From Pseudomonadota bacterium (GTDB taxonomy: Archaea > Thermoplasmatota > SW-10-69-26 > JACQPN01 > JAJPHT01), in contig JAJPHT010000014.1 of assembly GCA_021325135.1 (NCBI GenBank), positions 1 through 64,000 of the forward strand: a stretch of DNA of 64,000 bases. Reading direction: 5' to 3'. This document shows positions 28,807 through 37,863 of the stretch, piece after piece (the stretch's first letter is position 1; each line of letters opens with the position of its first letter). The notes under the pieces were generated by a model. That model saw only the letters and a list, made by a program, of their open reading frames with translations, made no database searches and was not told the DNA's origin. The translations under genes were made by a program, and so were the position numbers.

Positions 28807-29610
28807 TCACTCGTCCAACAGCGTCGCCCTTACGGCCTCGCGCACCGCCGCGCCGCCCAGCTTCCACGCCTCCAGGTGCCCCGCGCCCTCCACGACGTGG
28901 TGCCGCGCGAGCGGGCTCGCTGCGCGCACGAGGCGCCGCGCGTGGTCGGGGGGCACGCCGTGGTCCGCGGAGCCGCTGAGGTAGAGCACGCGGTCGGCCT
29001 TGGCCTCCAGAGCATGCGCCTCCGCGGGGAGCCAGCGCGCGCCCTCGGGCGCCAGCGCGCGTGATAGCACGCCGCCCGCGCGCAGGAGGGGGCGCCCCTT
29101 CACGCGGTACTGGAGGAGGTCGGGCGCCACCTGCTCGAAGATCGCGCTGGCCACGCCGCGCTCGTCGCGCGCCAGGGCGTGGTGCGCGAAGTAGCCCCCG
29201 AGGCTCACGCCCCAGACGTGGAGGGGCAGGTCGGGGAAGCGACGCCGCGCCCACGCCAGCACGTCGGCCCACTCGCGGTGGTAGAGCCCCTGCATGGCGT
29301 CGCTCTCGCCGAAGCCTCCATGGTCGAACGTGACGACGGAGAAGCCCAGCCCGCGCAGGAACGGGATGCGCTGGTCGCGGTGGAAGTACCCCTTCGCGGG
29401 CCCGATGCCCGGGTGGCCCAGCAGCACGACGCCGCGCGGCTCCGCGCTGGGGAAGAGGAGCGCCGCGAGCACACCGCCCGCCGCTCGCGGGACGCCGAAG
29501 GGCTGCGCGCCCCACTCCGCGGGCGGCGCGTCCTGCGGCTGCGCGAAGAGGTCCGCGAGGAAGGCGCGCTCCAGCAGGCGTTGGAGGACGCGCTCGTCCC
29601 GCGGATTCAT
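28807..29610 (-). CDS. Alpha/beta hydrolase
   Basis: FDHGGFGES, GVSLGG nucleophile elbow, GSADH, GAGH. Confidence 0.85.
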   Translation of the reverse strand: MNPRDERVLQRLLERAFLADLFAQPQDAPPAEWGAQPFGVPRAAGGVLAALLFPSAEPRGVVLLGHPGIGPAKGYFHRDQRIPFLRGLGFSVVTFDHGGFGESDAMQGLYHREWADVLAWARRRFPDLPLHVWGVSLGGYFAHHALARDERGVASAIFEQVAPDLLQYRVKGRPLLRAGGVLSRALAPEGARWLPAEAHALEAKADRVLYLSGSADHGVPPDHARRLVRAASPLARHHVVEGAGHLEAWKLGGAAVREAVRATLLDE

Positions 29611-29632
29611 CGCGTCCCCATGGCGGCTCCGC

Positions 29633-29869
29633 TCACAAGGGTTTCGGGGTCGTGCGCACGCGCAGCAGCGCGTACACGGGGTCCCATTCCTTTCGAGCCG
29701 TGAGGAAGAGGTACGCCGCCAGGCCGGCCAGCGAGAGGCCGATGGGCCCCGCGCGCGGGACGCGCAGCGCGAACCAGACGACCCACGCCGCGGCGACGAG
29801 GAGCGCCGCGGCGGCGTTGCGCGGGACGTACTCCTGCTCCCCGACGTTGCGCCGGGCCTTGCGGACCAT
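29633..29869 (-). CDS. Small 2-TM protein (DUF2892-like)
   Basis: RNVG start, two TMs, DPVYALL. Confidence 0.5.
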   Translation of the reverse strand: MVRKARRNVGEQEYVPRNAAAALLVAAAWVVWFALRVPRAGPIGLSLAGLAAYLFLTARKEWDPVYALLRVRTTPKPL

Positions 29870-29893
29870 GCTCCCGTCTCGGCGCGGCCGGGC

Positions 29894-30712
29894 TTAAGGG
29901 ACGCCCTCATTCCCGGGGGCGAGGGCCTCCACGGGCCGCCCGCCGCCGCAGTGGACGCAGACGCGCCAGGCCTGCGTCTCGCCGTGGACCGCGATCTCCG
30001 CGTCGTGGAAGGAGTGCCCGCGCCGCTCCACCGCGCACGGGCCGTCCATCTCCTCCTCGCTCAGGAGCCGCACGCGGCCCACCTCCGCGCGGGGGCGCAG
30101 CGCGCGCCAGCCCAGCCACGCCAACGCGCCCACCACCAGGAGCAGCCCGAGGCCGCCGCCCACGAGGCGCGCGAGGTCGCCGGGCCTCCACGCCGTCTCG
30201 GCAGCGTAGGAGGCGTGCGGCGCCATGATATCACCCGGGATGCTGGAGTGGCCGAAGCCCAGCGCGTGCCCGATCTCGTGCTCGCTCACCTCGCGCACGA
30301 GGCGGTACGCGACGTAGGTGCCGTCCTCGCGGCGCGCGATGACCTCGATGGGCACGGGGCGCTCGAAGGGGCGCGCGCAGCCCAGGGCGCCCGGCGCCTC
30401 TTCGCACAGGGGCCCGACGCGCCCCGCATCGCGGAACCAGAAGACGACGTCCGCCTCGCTGGCGTTGGCCACCTCGACGAACGTGACGTTCCACCGGAGG
30501 CGCCCGTTGCCGCCGGCCTCCCACCAGCGCAGCGCGGCGCGCACCTCGTCCGCGAAGCCCGCGTCCGCGCTCGTGAGGTTGGAGAAGTCGAGCTTCACGC
30601 GCACGGGCACGTGGCCGAACGGGTTGGTCGCGCCCTCGGGGAACTCGCTCCCCTGCGCCAGGACGGGCGTGGCGAGGAGAACCACGAGCAGGAGCGCCGC
30701 GGCGCGGGGCAC
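29894..30712 (-). CDS. Membrane-anchored matrixin-family zinc metalloprotease with C-terminal Cys/His tail
   Basis: Signal; HEIGHALGFGHS, DIM Met-turn; TM; C..H..CVHCG. Confidence 0.85.
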   Translation of the reverse strand: MPRAAALLLVVLLATPVLAQGSEFPEGATNPFGHVPVRVKLDFSNLTSADAGFADEVRAALRWWEAGGNGRLRWNVTFVEVANASEADVVFWFRDAGRVGPLCEEAPGALGCARPFERPVPIEVIARREDGTYVAYRLVREVSEHEIGHALGFGHSSIPGDIMAPHASYAAETAWRPGDLARLVGGGLGLLLVVGALAWLGWRALRPRAEVGRVRLLSEEEMDGPCAVERRGHSFHDAEIAVHGETQAWRVCVHCGGGRPVEALAPGNEGVP

Positions 30713-30742
30713 GCGCCCGCACCGGCGGCGGGGCTCAAAGGC

Positions 30743-30979
30743 CTACTGCCTGTGGTGATGGCGCGTGTCGATGCCCGCGATCATGTAGACGGGGTCCACG
30801 TGGACGAAGGAGGAGAGCAGCAGGTACGCGATGGCCGGGAAGCCCGCGAGGACGAGGATGATGGTGGCGTTCTCGTCCAGCGCGACCAGGAAGGGCATGG
30901 CGGCCAGGATGGCCAGCGCGATCGCGACGCGGATGCCCTCGTCGAGGACGCCGACGTTGCCGGGCACGTTCTCGTGCAT
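30743..30979 (-). CDS. YgaP/DUF2892-like membrane protein
   Basis: NVGVLDEGIR, two TMs, DPVYMIAGIDT. Confidence 0.6.
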   Translation of the reverse strand: MHENVPGNVGVLDEGIRVAIALAILAAMPFLVALDENATIILVLAGFPAIAYLLLSSFVHVDPVYMIAGIDTRHHHRQ

Positions 30980-31030
30980 GCCAAGGTGGTGCGCGGAGGG
31001 GCCGATAAGGGGGTGCCCCATTCCCACCCG

Positions 31031-31573
31031 TCAAAACGACGGCGCGGGCGGCCGTCGCCAGGCCTCCGCCACGTCGTCGTGCCCGCGGGCGTAGGCCGAC
31101 GCGGGGAGCGTCGCGAGGTCGTGCCACGCCAGCGCGGCGTACCAGGGCGGCGGCTCGACGCGAAGCCCGCGGGGCGCGGCCGTGTCCAGGAGGAAGCACA
31201 CGTCGTGGTGGCGCTCCCCTGGCAGGCGGTCCAGCTCGTAGACGAACGTCGCGACGCGCGGCTCGCCCAGGCGGAGGCCGTCCACGCCGAGGATCTCGCG
31301 GGCCACGCGCAGCGCCGCGTCGCGCGGGTCCTCGCCCAGCTTGAGATGGCTTGCGGGCACGGTCCACCCGGTGGAGTAGCGCCGCACGCGGCCCGCGTCG
31401 AGCCCCGTGAGCGCGGCCCATCGCGAGTCCTCCGCGTAGCGCCCCAGCAGGACCTCGCCCCGCTCGTTGCGAAGGAAGAGGAACGCGGAGAGGCACAGGC
31501 CGCCGGGCGGCGCGCGGTCGAAGCCGCCGGGGAACGCGCCGGGCGAGATCGCGAGGAAGGGGCCGGTGGGCAC
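31031..31573 (-). CDS. NUDIX-fold protein (degenerate Nudix box)
   Basis: GEVLLGR, WTVPASHLKLGEDPRDAALRVAREILG. Confidence 0.7.
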   Translation of the reverse strand: MPTGPFLAISPGAFPGGFDRAPPGGLCLSAFLFLRNERGEVLLGRYAEDSRWAALTGLDAGRVRRYSTGWTVPASHLKLGEDPRDAALRVAREILGVDGLRLGEPRVATFVYELDRLPGERHHDVCFLLDTAAPRGLRVEPPPWYAALAWHDLATLPASAYARGHDDVAEAWRRPPAPSF

Positions 31574-31609
31574 GGGGGAGACTGCCCGTGGAGGCGCGTC
31601 AAGGCTTCG

Positions 31610-32404
31610 CTATCCCGAGAGCCACCCGCCGTCGACGTAAAACGCCTCGCCGGTGCAGTAGGCGGCCTCGTCGGAGGCGAGGAACGCGATGAGCGCGCCC
31701 ACCTCCTCGGGCTTCCCCGCGCGGCCCAGCGGGATGCGCCCCAGCATGGCCTGCCGCGCGGCGGGGTCGCGCAGGAACGAGGAGGTCATGTCGGTGTCGA
31801 TGACGCCGGGCGCCACGGCGTTCACGGTGATGCGGTGCGGCGCCATCTCCAGCGCCATGGACTCGGTCATGCCGATGATGCCGCCCTTGGAGGCCGCGTA
31901 GTGCGTGGCGCCGGGGAAGCCGACGCCCACGCCGCCCGACGCGATGGAGGCGACGTTCACGATGCGCCCCTCGCGGCCTTCGCGGATCATCTCCCGCGCC
32001 GCGGCGCGCGCCACGAGGAACTCGCCCTTGAGGTTCGTGTCCACGACGCGGTCCCACTCGGCGTCCGGCATCTCCACCATGGGCGTGGAGCCCGCGACGC
32101 CGGCGTTGTTCACGACGATGTCAAGCCGGCCCAGGCGGCGCGCGGCCTCCTCCACCATGGCGTCGACCGCCCGCGCGTCCGTCACGTCCGCCTGGAGGAC
32201 GATCGAGCGCCGGCCCATCTTCTCAAGGGTCTGCCGCGTCTCCTCCACGGCCTCGGGGTGCGCAGCGTAGCCCAGCGCGACATCGGCGCCCTGCCGCGCC
32301 AGCGCGAGGGCCGCGCCGCGCCCGATGCCTCGTCCGCCGCCGGTGACGAGGGCGACGCGGCCGGTCAGGTCGAACAGGCGTCCATAAGGGTCTGCGCGGG
32401 GCAT
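31610..32404 (-). CDS. Short-chain dehydrogenase/reductase (FabG/KduD-like)
   Basis: TGGGRGIG, NNAG, YAASKGG, NAVAPG, VDGG. Confidence 0.93.
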   Translation of the reverse strand: MPRADPYGRLFDLTGRVALVTGGGRGIGRGAALALARQGADVALGYAAHPEAVEETRQTLEKMGRRSIVLQADVTDARAVDAMVEEAARRLGRLDIVVNNAGVAGSTPMVEMPDAEWDRVVDTNLKGEFLVARAAAREMIREGREGRIVNVASIASGGVGVGFPGATHYAASKGGIIGMTESMALEMAPHRITVNAVAPGVIDTDMTSSFLRDPAARQAMLGRIPLGRAGKPEEVGALIAFLASDEAAYCTGEAFYVDGGWLSG

Positions 32405-32473
32405 GGGCATCGGGCTCCCCATGGCGGCCCTTCTCCATGGGCGTGCCGCCGAACGCCTTCGGCTGGCGAGCCC

Positions 32474-33055
32474 TCAGACGACGAAGGTCATGCTCATCAG
32501 CACGTAGTCCGCGACGGGCGAGGTCCCGCTGGCGGGGAGGATCTCCAGCCAGTAGGAGACGACGGCGTTCTGCTGCGGGAGCGTCGCCTTCGCGCCCGCG
32601 AGGATGGACGCCGTGCCGCCCGCGGGGATGGTGACGAGCGCGCCCGCCGTGCCCGCCGCGGGCGCCACGCCGTTGGTGACGTTGAACTCGCTGGTCACGG
32701 TGGCGCCCAGGCGGATCTGCATCTCGCAGACGAGGCAGCGCGACGCGGAGGCGGAGGCCGACTGGAAGACGAGCCGCGCGCGCACCGCCTGGCTCCCCGG
32801 GTTCGCGAGCCGCGTGTTGTTGGACGAGGCCTCGACGACGCCGCCGGGGAGGGCGGAGAGCGTCGCGCTGCTGCTGGTGTTCGTGGAGCTGATGGTCGCG
32901 CCGTCAGGGCCCGCCGAGAGCTGGAGCGGCAGCGTCGCGAACGCGGCGAGGCCCAGCGTCTCGCGGGAAGGCGCCGGGTAGGCGACGCTCCGCGTCCCGT
33001 CGGCCGCGCCCACGGCGAGGAGCAGGACGGCGAGGGGCAGCGCGGCGCGGCTCAC
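32474..33055 (-). CDS. Secreted beta-rich protein, paralog of 33361-33936
   Basis: GTG start coupled to upstream stop; signal; YPAPSRETL..LSAGPD. Confidence 0.6.
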   Translation of the reverse strand: MSRAALPLAVLLLAVGAADGTRSVAYPAPSRETLGLAAFATLPLQLSAGPDGATISSTNTSSSATLSALPGGVVEASSNNTRLANPGSQAVRARLVFQSASASASRCLVCEMQIRLGATVTSEFNVTNGVAPAAGTAGALVTIPAGGTASILAGAKATLPQQNAVVSYWLEILPASGTSPVADYVLMSMTFVV

Positions 33056-33351
33056 GCCTGGTGGCCGCCCCCCGGTGTGGCCGCACCTGGGGCCGCCGGG
33101 CGCGGCGTGAGCGCGCGCCACGCCACCAGGGCAAGCGCCATCGACAGGTAGAGCGCGTCCACCGCGAGACCCAGGAGCGAGGCGCGCAACGCGGCGTTGG
33201 CCACCATGAGGGCGACGCCCGCGAGGCCCAGCGCCAGCGCGAGGCGCTCCTGTGCGGCGCGGCGCGCAGGCATCGTGAGCAGGAGCGACGCCGCGAGCAC
33301 GCCGCCGAAGGTCAGCCCCTTCATCGCGGCTTCGAGGAGGGTCCACGCCAC
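33052..33351 (-). CDS. Small 3-TM membrane protein
   Basis: Hydrophobic; between the two paralogs; GGTGA SD-like motif upstream. Confidence 0.55.
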   Translation of the reverse strand: MAWTLLEAAMKGLTFGGVLAASLLLTMPARRAAQERLALALGLAGVALMVANAALRASLLGLAVDALYLSMALALVAWRALTPRPAAPGAATPGGGHQA

Positions 33352-33360
33352 GTCATCACC

Positions 33361-33936
33361 TCACGCAAGCGACAGGCTGACGTCCACGCTGGCGGGCAGG
33401 TCCGAGGCGCTCGTGCCGGTGGCAAGCTGCACGTAGGATTTCACGTACACGCTGCTCCCGGCCGCGAGGCTGCCCAGGCTCACCGAGGGCGATCCCGCGG
33501 TGAGGTTCATGGCGCCCACGAGGGAGTTGGAGCCGTAGGCGTAGAACTCCAGGCGGAAGGAGATGATCTTCGAGAAGGACGACACGCTGGTCCCGCTCAC
33601 GGTCACGCTCCACGCGGAGGAGTCCTGGTTGGTGAGCGACGTGAGGTTCGACCAGGTGACGTTGGCCTCGGGCACGGGCTTGAGCGTCACGGTGTAGAAC
33701 GTCGCGTTGCTGCTGAGCGTCCACGAGGCCACGAAGCCGTTGCCCGAGCTGTCGGGGCCCGCGGACCAGACGACGGGCGGGGGCTTGAGGCTCAGCGTGG
33801 CGGTGGAGGGCGTGGGGTAGGTGATGACGACGGACGCGACGGCGGCCGACGCGATCAGCGCGATGGCGACGACGAGGCCGGAGCCGGACGCGGAGAGGCC
33901 GGAGGCGCCCGCGCCCCAGGGAGGTCGCTTGATCAT
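33361..33936 (-). CDS. Secreted Ser/Thr-rich beta protein (possible filament subunit)
   Basis: Hydrophobic signal with AVA site; YPTPSTATL..WSAGPD; several N-glycosylation sequons. Confidence 0.65.
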   Translation of the reverse strand: MIKRPPWGAGASGLSASGSGLVVAIALIASAAVASVVITYPTPSTATLSLKPPPVVWSAGPDSSGNGFVASWTLSSNATFYTVTLKPVPEANVTWSNLTSLTNQDSSAWSVTVSGTSVSSFSKIISFRLEFYAYGSNSLVGAMNLTAGSPSVSLGSLAAGSSVYVKSYVQLATGTSASDLPASVDVSLSLA

Positions 33937-34080
33937 GGCCAAGGGTGGCCCTCCAAGGGGGTCGTTCGTTCCGCCTTTCCGGTTTCGCCGACGCCTTCGG
34001 GTGTCATACGGGGCCTGGGGGCGCGGCCCCGCTGCAATCCGGCAGGCTCATGCCGGCGCCTCCTCGATCCCCGCCCGGAG

Positions 34081-34506
34081 ATGGCATTGATCACGCTCCC
34101 CTCGGTGAACTGGATCGCGGTCGTCGTGGCCGCCCTCGCGACCGTCGTCATCGGCGGCCTCTGGTACGCGCCCTTCGCGTTCGGGAAGGCGTGGCAGCGC
34201 GCGCTGGGCAAGACCGACGCCGAGCTTCAGGCGATGCGCAAGAACGCCGCGCCCGGCTACGTCCTCGCCATCGTGGGCGCGCTCGTGACGGCGTGGGTCG
34301 TCGCGGTCACCGTCAAGGCCTTCGGCGCCACGACCGCGGCGGACGCCATCGAGGTCGCGCTCATCGTCTGGATCGGCTACATCGTGAGCCAGACCGTCAT
34401 CGGCACGATGTTCGAGGGGCGCTCGTGGACGCTCTTCGGCATCAACATGGCCAACCAGCTTGTCAACGTCCTCGTGATGGCGCTGATCACGACCCTCTGG
34501 ACCTGA
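34081..34506 (+). CDS. DUF1761 membrane protein
   Basis: VNWIAVVVAA, GGLWY.P..FGKAW, FEGRSW..FGIN. Confidence 0.88.
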   Translation: MALITLPSVNWIAVVVAALATVVIGGLWYAPFAFGKAWQRALGKTDAELQAMRKNAAPGYVLAIVGALVTAWVVAVTVKAFGATTAADAIEVALIVWIGYIVSQTVIGTMFEGRSWTLFGINMANQLVNVLVMALITTLWT

Positions 34507-34512
34507 GTCTCC

Positions 34513-35031
34513 ATGGCCCTCGTCGTCTTCCTGCGCGGCGCGAACCTCGGCAACCGCCGCTTCAAGCCCGCCCAGCTGGCCCAGACGCTGGCGGACCTCG
34601 ACGTCACCAACCTCGGCGCGGCCGGCACGTTCGTCGTCCGCAAGAAGGTCGCCGAGAGGACGCTGCGCGCGAAGCTCCAGGCAGAGATCCCCTTCGACGC
34701 GCCCATGGTCGTCTGTACGGAGAAGGAGGTCCTTGCCGCGCTGGAGGCGGGGGCCACGGTCGACGCGCCCGAAGGCACGAGGCGCTTCGCGACCGCCATG
34801 GAGAAGGCGCCCTCGCCCGCGCCCAAGCTCCCCCTCACCGCGCCCGCGGGCTCCGCGTGGGCCGTGCGCGTGGCCCTCCTCGAAGGGCGCTTCGCCATCG
34901 GCACGCGGCGGCCCGCGGGCGAGACGGGCGTCTACCCCAACGAGGTCGTCGAGAAGGCGTTCAAGGTGAGCGCGACCACGAGGGATTGGCCCACCATGGA
35001 GAAGCTCGGGAAGCTCCTGGAGAAGGGCTGA
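34513..35031 (+). CDS. DUF1697 family protein
   Basis: VVFLRGANLG and ATTRDW..MEKL. Confidence 0.8.
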   Translation: MALVVFLRGANLGNRRFKPAQLAQTLADLDVTNLGAAGTFVVRKKVAERTLRAKLQAEIPFDAPMVVCTEKEVLAALEAGATVDAPEGTRRFATAMEKAPSPAPKLPLTAPAGSAWAVRVALLEGRFAIGTRRPAGETGVYPNEVVEKAFKVSATTRDWPTMEKLGKLLEKG

Positions 35032-35402
35032 TGAAGGGCCGCCCTGTCGTCTTCGTCCCCACGAGCGACCCCAAGCGCGCGGCGCGCTGGTACGCGACGC
35101 GGCTGGGCATGAGGTACGTCGCGGACGAGGCCTACGCCTCCGTGGTGAAGGACGATGATATCACCATCCGCCTCTCGCGGGTCGAAGGCGTGGAGCCCGC
35201 TCCCTTCACGATTCTCGGTTGGGAGGTCGCGGACCTGGCGCGCGCCCTGCGCGGGCTCAAGGCGAAGAAGGTCAAGCCGATCCGCTATCCCGGGATGGCG
35301 CAGGACAAGGAGGGCGTCTGGAAGTCGCCCTCGGGGGCGCGCGTCGTCTGGTTCCACGACCGCGACGGGAACGTGCTGTCGCTGACGCAGCTTCCGAAGT
35401 GA
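35031..35402 (+). CDS. VOC/glyoxalase family protein
   Basis: A..WY...LG, FTILGWEV, VVWFHDRDGNVLSL. Confidence 0.85.
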   Translation: MKGRPVVFVPTSDPKRAARWYATRLGMRYVADEAYASVVKDDDITIRLSRVEGVEPAPFTILGWEVADLARALRGLKAKKVKPIRYPGMAQDKEGVWKSPSGARVVWFHDRDGNVLSLTQLPK

Positions 35403-35612
35403 CGCCCGGCCCGGCGCGCGGCTCCTTGTCGCCACGGCCTTTGCGCGCGCCTTGGGCTCGCGCAGGCGGCCGAGCGCCCCTGAAGCCCACGGCTCCGGGA
35501 GGGCATTCCTCGTGGGGACGCGACGCCGGGGTGGCTCTCGCGCCGCCTCGATCGAGGCGAAGCCCCCTGTGCCAACGGCCACTCCGCCTGAGGGCCGCAG
35601 CCTTCGCTTCGC

Positions 35613-36767
35613 TCAGCCCTTGATCTTGCCCAGGAGCGATCTCGCGATGATCAGCTTGTGCACTTCCTTGGTGCCCTCGTAGATCTCGGTGATCTTCGCG
35701 TCGCGGTAGAGCTTCTCGGCGGGCATCTCGTCGACGTAGCCCATGCCGCCGAGGATCTGCACGGCCTCGTCGGCGTTCTCCACGGCGGCGCGGCCGGCGA
35801 ACCACTTGGCCATGCTGCTGGCCTGGGGAGAGGGCTTGCCCTGGTCGTTGAGCCACGCGGCCTTGTAGGCCAGGAGGCGCGCGGCCTCGGTGCGGGTCGC
35901 CATCTCGGCGAGCTTGAACTGGATGCCCTGGAGGTCCGCGATGGGCTTGCCGAACGCCTCGCGCTGCATGGCGTACTGCGTGGCGACGTTGAGCGCGCCC
36001 TGCGCGATGCCCACGCCCTGCGCGGCGACGCCGATGCGCGTGTTGTTGAAGAACTCCATGACGTAGTAGAACCCCTTGCCCTCCTCGCCCAGGAGGTTCG
36101 CCTTGGGGACCTTGCAGTCGGTGAATTGCAGTTCCGCCGTGTCGCTGGCGCGGATGCCCAGCTTGCCGTGGATCTTGTTGGCCTTGAAGCCGGGCGCCGT
36201 CTTCTCGACGACCACGAGGGAGAAGCGCGCGTGGGGCTTGGGGTTCTTGGGGTCGGTCTGGACCAGCGTGATGAAGTAGTCCGCGACGTCGCCGTTGGTG
36301 ATCCACATCTTGGCGCCGTTGATGACGTAGTGGTCGCCCTGCTTGACCGCGGTGCAGGTGGCGCCCGCGACGTCGCTGCCCGCGCCGGCCTCGCTGATGG
36401 CGGCGCCCGACATCATCTCGCCGCGCGGGATGGGGCTCAGCCACTTCTGCTTCTGCTCCTCCGTGCCCAGGCGGATGATGGCCTCGGTGCCGAAGTCCGC
36501 GGCGAAGATGCAGAGGGCCAGGCCCGGGTCCACCGCGTTGAGCTCCTCGGCGCAGATGGCGGACTCGATCATGCCCAGCCCCGCGCCGCCGTACTGCGTG
36601 GGGATCATGATCCCCAGGAGCCCCTGCGCGGCGGCCTTCTTCATCAGCTCGTGGGGGTACTGCTCCTTGTCGTCGCAGACCTTGCCGTAGGCGGGGAACT
36701 CCTTGAGGGCGAACTCGCGGGCCATCTGGCGAAGGGCGCGCTGCTCGTCCGTGAACGCGAACTCCAT
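35613..36767 (-). CDS. Acyl-CoA dehydrogenase
   Basis: ISEAGAGSD, NGAKMWITNG, KLGIRAS, REAFGKPI, QILGGMGY, IYEGT. Confidence 0.95.
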   Translation of the reverse strand: MEFAFTDEQRALRQMAREFALKEFPAYGKVCDDKEQYPHELMKKAAAQGLLGIMIPTQYGGAGLGMIESAICAEELNAVDPGLALCIFAADFGTEAIIRLGTEEQKQKWLSPIPRGEMMSGAAISEAGAGSDVAGATCTAVKQGDHYVINGAKMWITNGDVADYFITLVQTDPKNPKPHARFSLVVVEKTAPGFKANKIHGKLGIRASDTAELQFTDCKVPKANLLGEEGKGFYYVMEFFNNTRIGVAAQGVGIAQGALNVATQYAMQREAFGKPIADLQGIQFKLAEMATRTEAARLLAYKAAWLNDQGKPSPQASSMAKWFAGRAAVENADEAVQILGGMGYVDEMPAEKLYRDAKITEIYEGTKEVHKLIIARSLLGKIKG

Positions 36768-37002
36768 GGGTCCCGATTCCGCCCGCCGGCTTTTAAGGGT
36801 ATTTCCCTCCGGGAGACTCCGAGGGGGAGAAGGGCGCGTCTGGCCCGCAACGCGCGGGGCGCCCCCTCAGGCCGCGGCGGGCGCCCGCCCGATGCCATGG
36901 CCCTCTGCGTGCACCGCCGCCACCGCGCGCATCATCGGTCTTCCGACGGCGAGGGCCCCGCGCCGGGGGCGGGGGCCATCGTCGTCCCGCGGGCCCGACG
37001 CT

Positions 37003-37389
37003 TCACGCGGGGCGGCCGCGCATGCGGGTGCGCGCGCCACCGGCCGCCCACACGTCGTAGGCGGAGACGAGGATCACGAGGATGCCCAGGATGACGTTCG
37101 ACCAGCGCAGCGTGAGCGTGGTCGTCATCGCGAAGGGGAACACCGCGATGACGATGCCCGCGATGAGGTTCACGATGGAGACCCAGCGCATCGGCTCGCC
37201 GCGGCTCGTGGAGTAGACGTTCCAGCCCGCCAGGATCAGCACGATGGCGCCCAGGACGACGTTGGTCGCCATGACGCCGCCCGACTCGCCCGACCAGAAG
37301 GGGGCGGCGATGGTGAGGATGCCCAGGATGACGTTCGCCCACGAGGCCCAGACCGTGCGGCCAGCCGGCCGCTGCGACAGAGTGGTCAT
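37003..37389 (-). CDS. SPW-repeat membrane protein
   Basis: WASWANVILG..APF and WVS..NLIAG..FPF repeats. Confidence 0.75.
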   Translation of the reverse strand: MTTLSQRPAGRTVWASWANVILGILTIAAPFWSGESGGVMATNVVLGAIVLILAGWNVYSTSRGEPMRWVSIVNLIAGIVIAVFPFAMTTTLTLRWSNVILGILVILVSAYDVWAAGGARTRMRGRPA

Positions 37390-37512
37390 GGGTCGCCTCG
37401 CCTCGGGGCCTTCCCCTTTGGGTCTTCTGGCGCATCGCTGGGTGCGCGGGCCAACGTTGATGGCGCGCGCCCCCGTGGGGGCCTCGTGGCCGACCTCTGC
37501 CCCCGCTGCCTC

Positions 37513-37863
37513 ATGGCGTTCCGGCACCACGTCGTCGTCCGCGCTCGGTGCCTGAAGCGGTGGCGCGGCGCGAACTTCGATGCCGCCGCCGCGCAGGGCA
37601 ACGTCGGAGCCGCGGTCGCCGCCGCGCTGGGCCTGCCTGCGCGCACGTCCAAGGACCTGGAGGCCTTCCTCCAGAAGGCGGTCGTGAAGACGTACGGCGA
37701 GGGGCTCGACCCCAACCCCGCCGCGGAGTTCGACGCGGCGGAGGGGGAGGCGTTCGAGTTCCACGTGGGGTTGCGCTTCGACGCGGACCCCGGGACGCTG
37801 GCCGCGGTGGAGAAGGCCGCCCGCGACGCCGTGGCGTCAAGCCGGCGCTTCGCGCTGGCCTGA
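37513..37863 (+). CDS. Hypothetical protein
   Basis: Normal codon bias and composition; 3' part of ORF 36703-37863. Confidence 0.5.
   Translation: MAFRHHVVVRARCLKRWRGANFDAAAAQGNVGAAVAAALGLPARTSKDLEAFLQKAVVKTYGEGLDPNPAAEFDAAEGEAFEFHVGLRFDADPGTLAAVEKAARDAVASSRRFALA

Noticed and set aside
35402-35612. About 210-bp GC-rich intergenic region with hairpins, candidate SRP RNA, RNase P RNA or ribozyme
   Set aside because: No SRP helix-8 or RNase P signature recognised; pairing is expected at this GC content; needs Infernal
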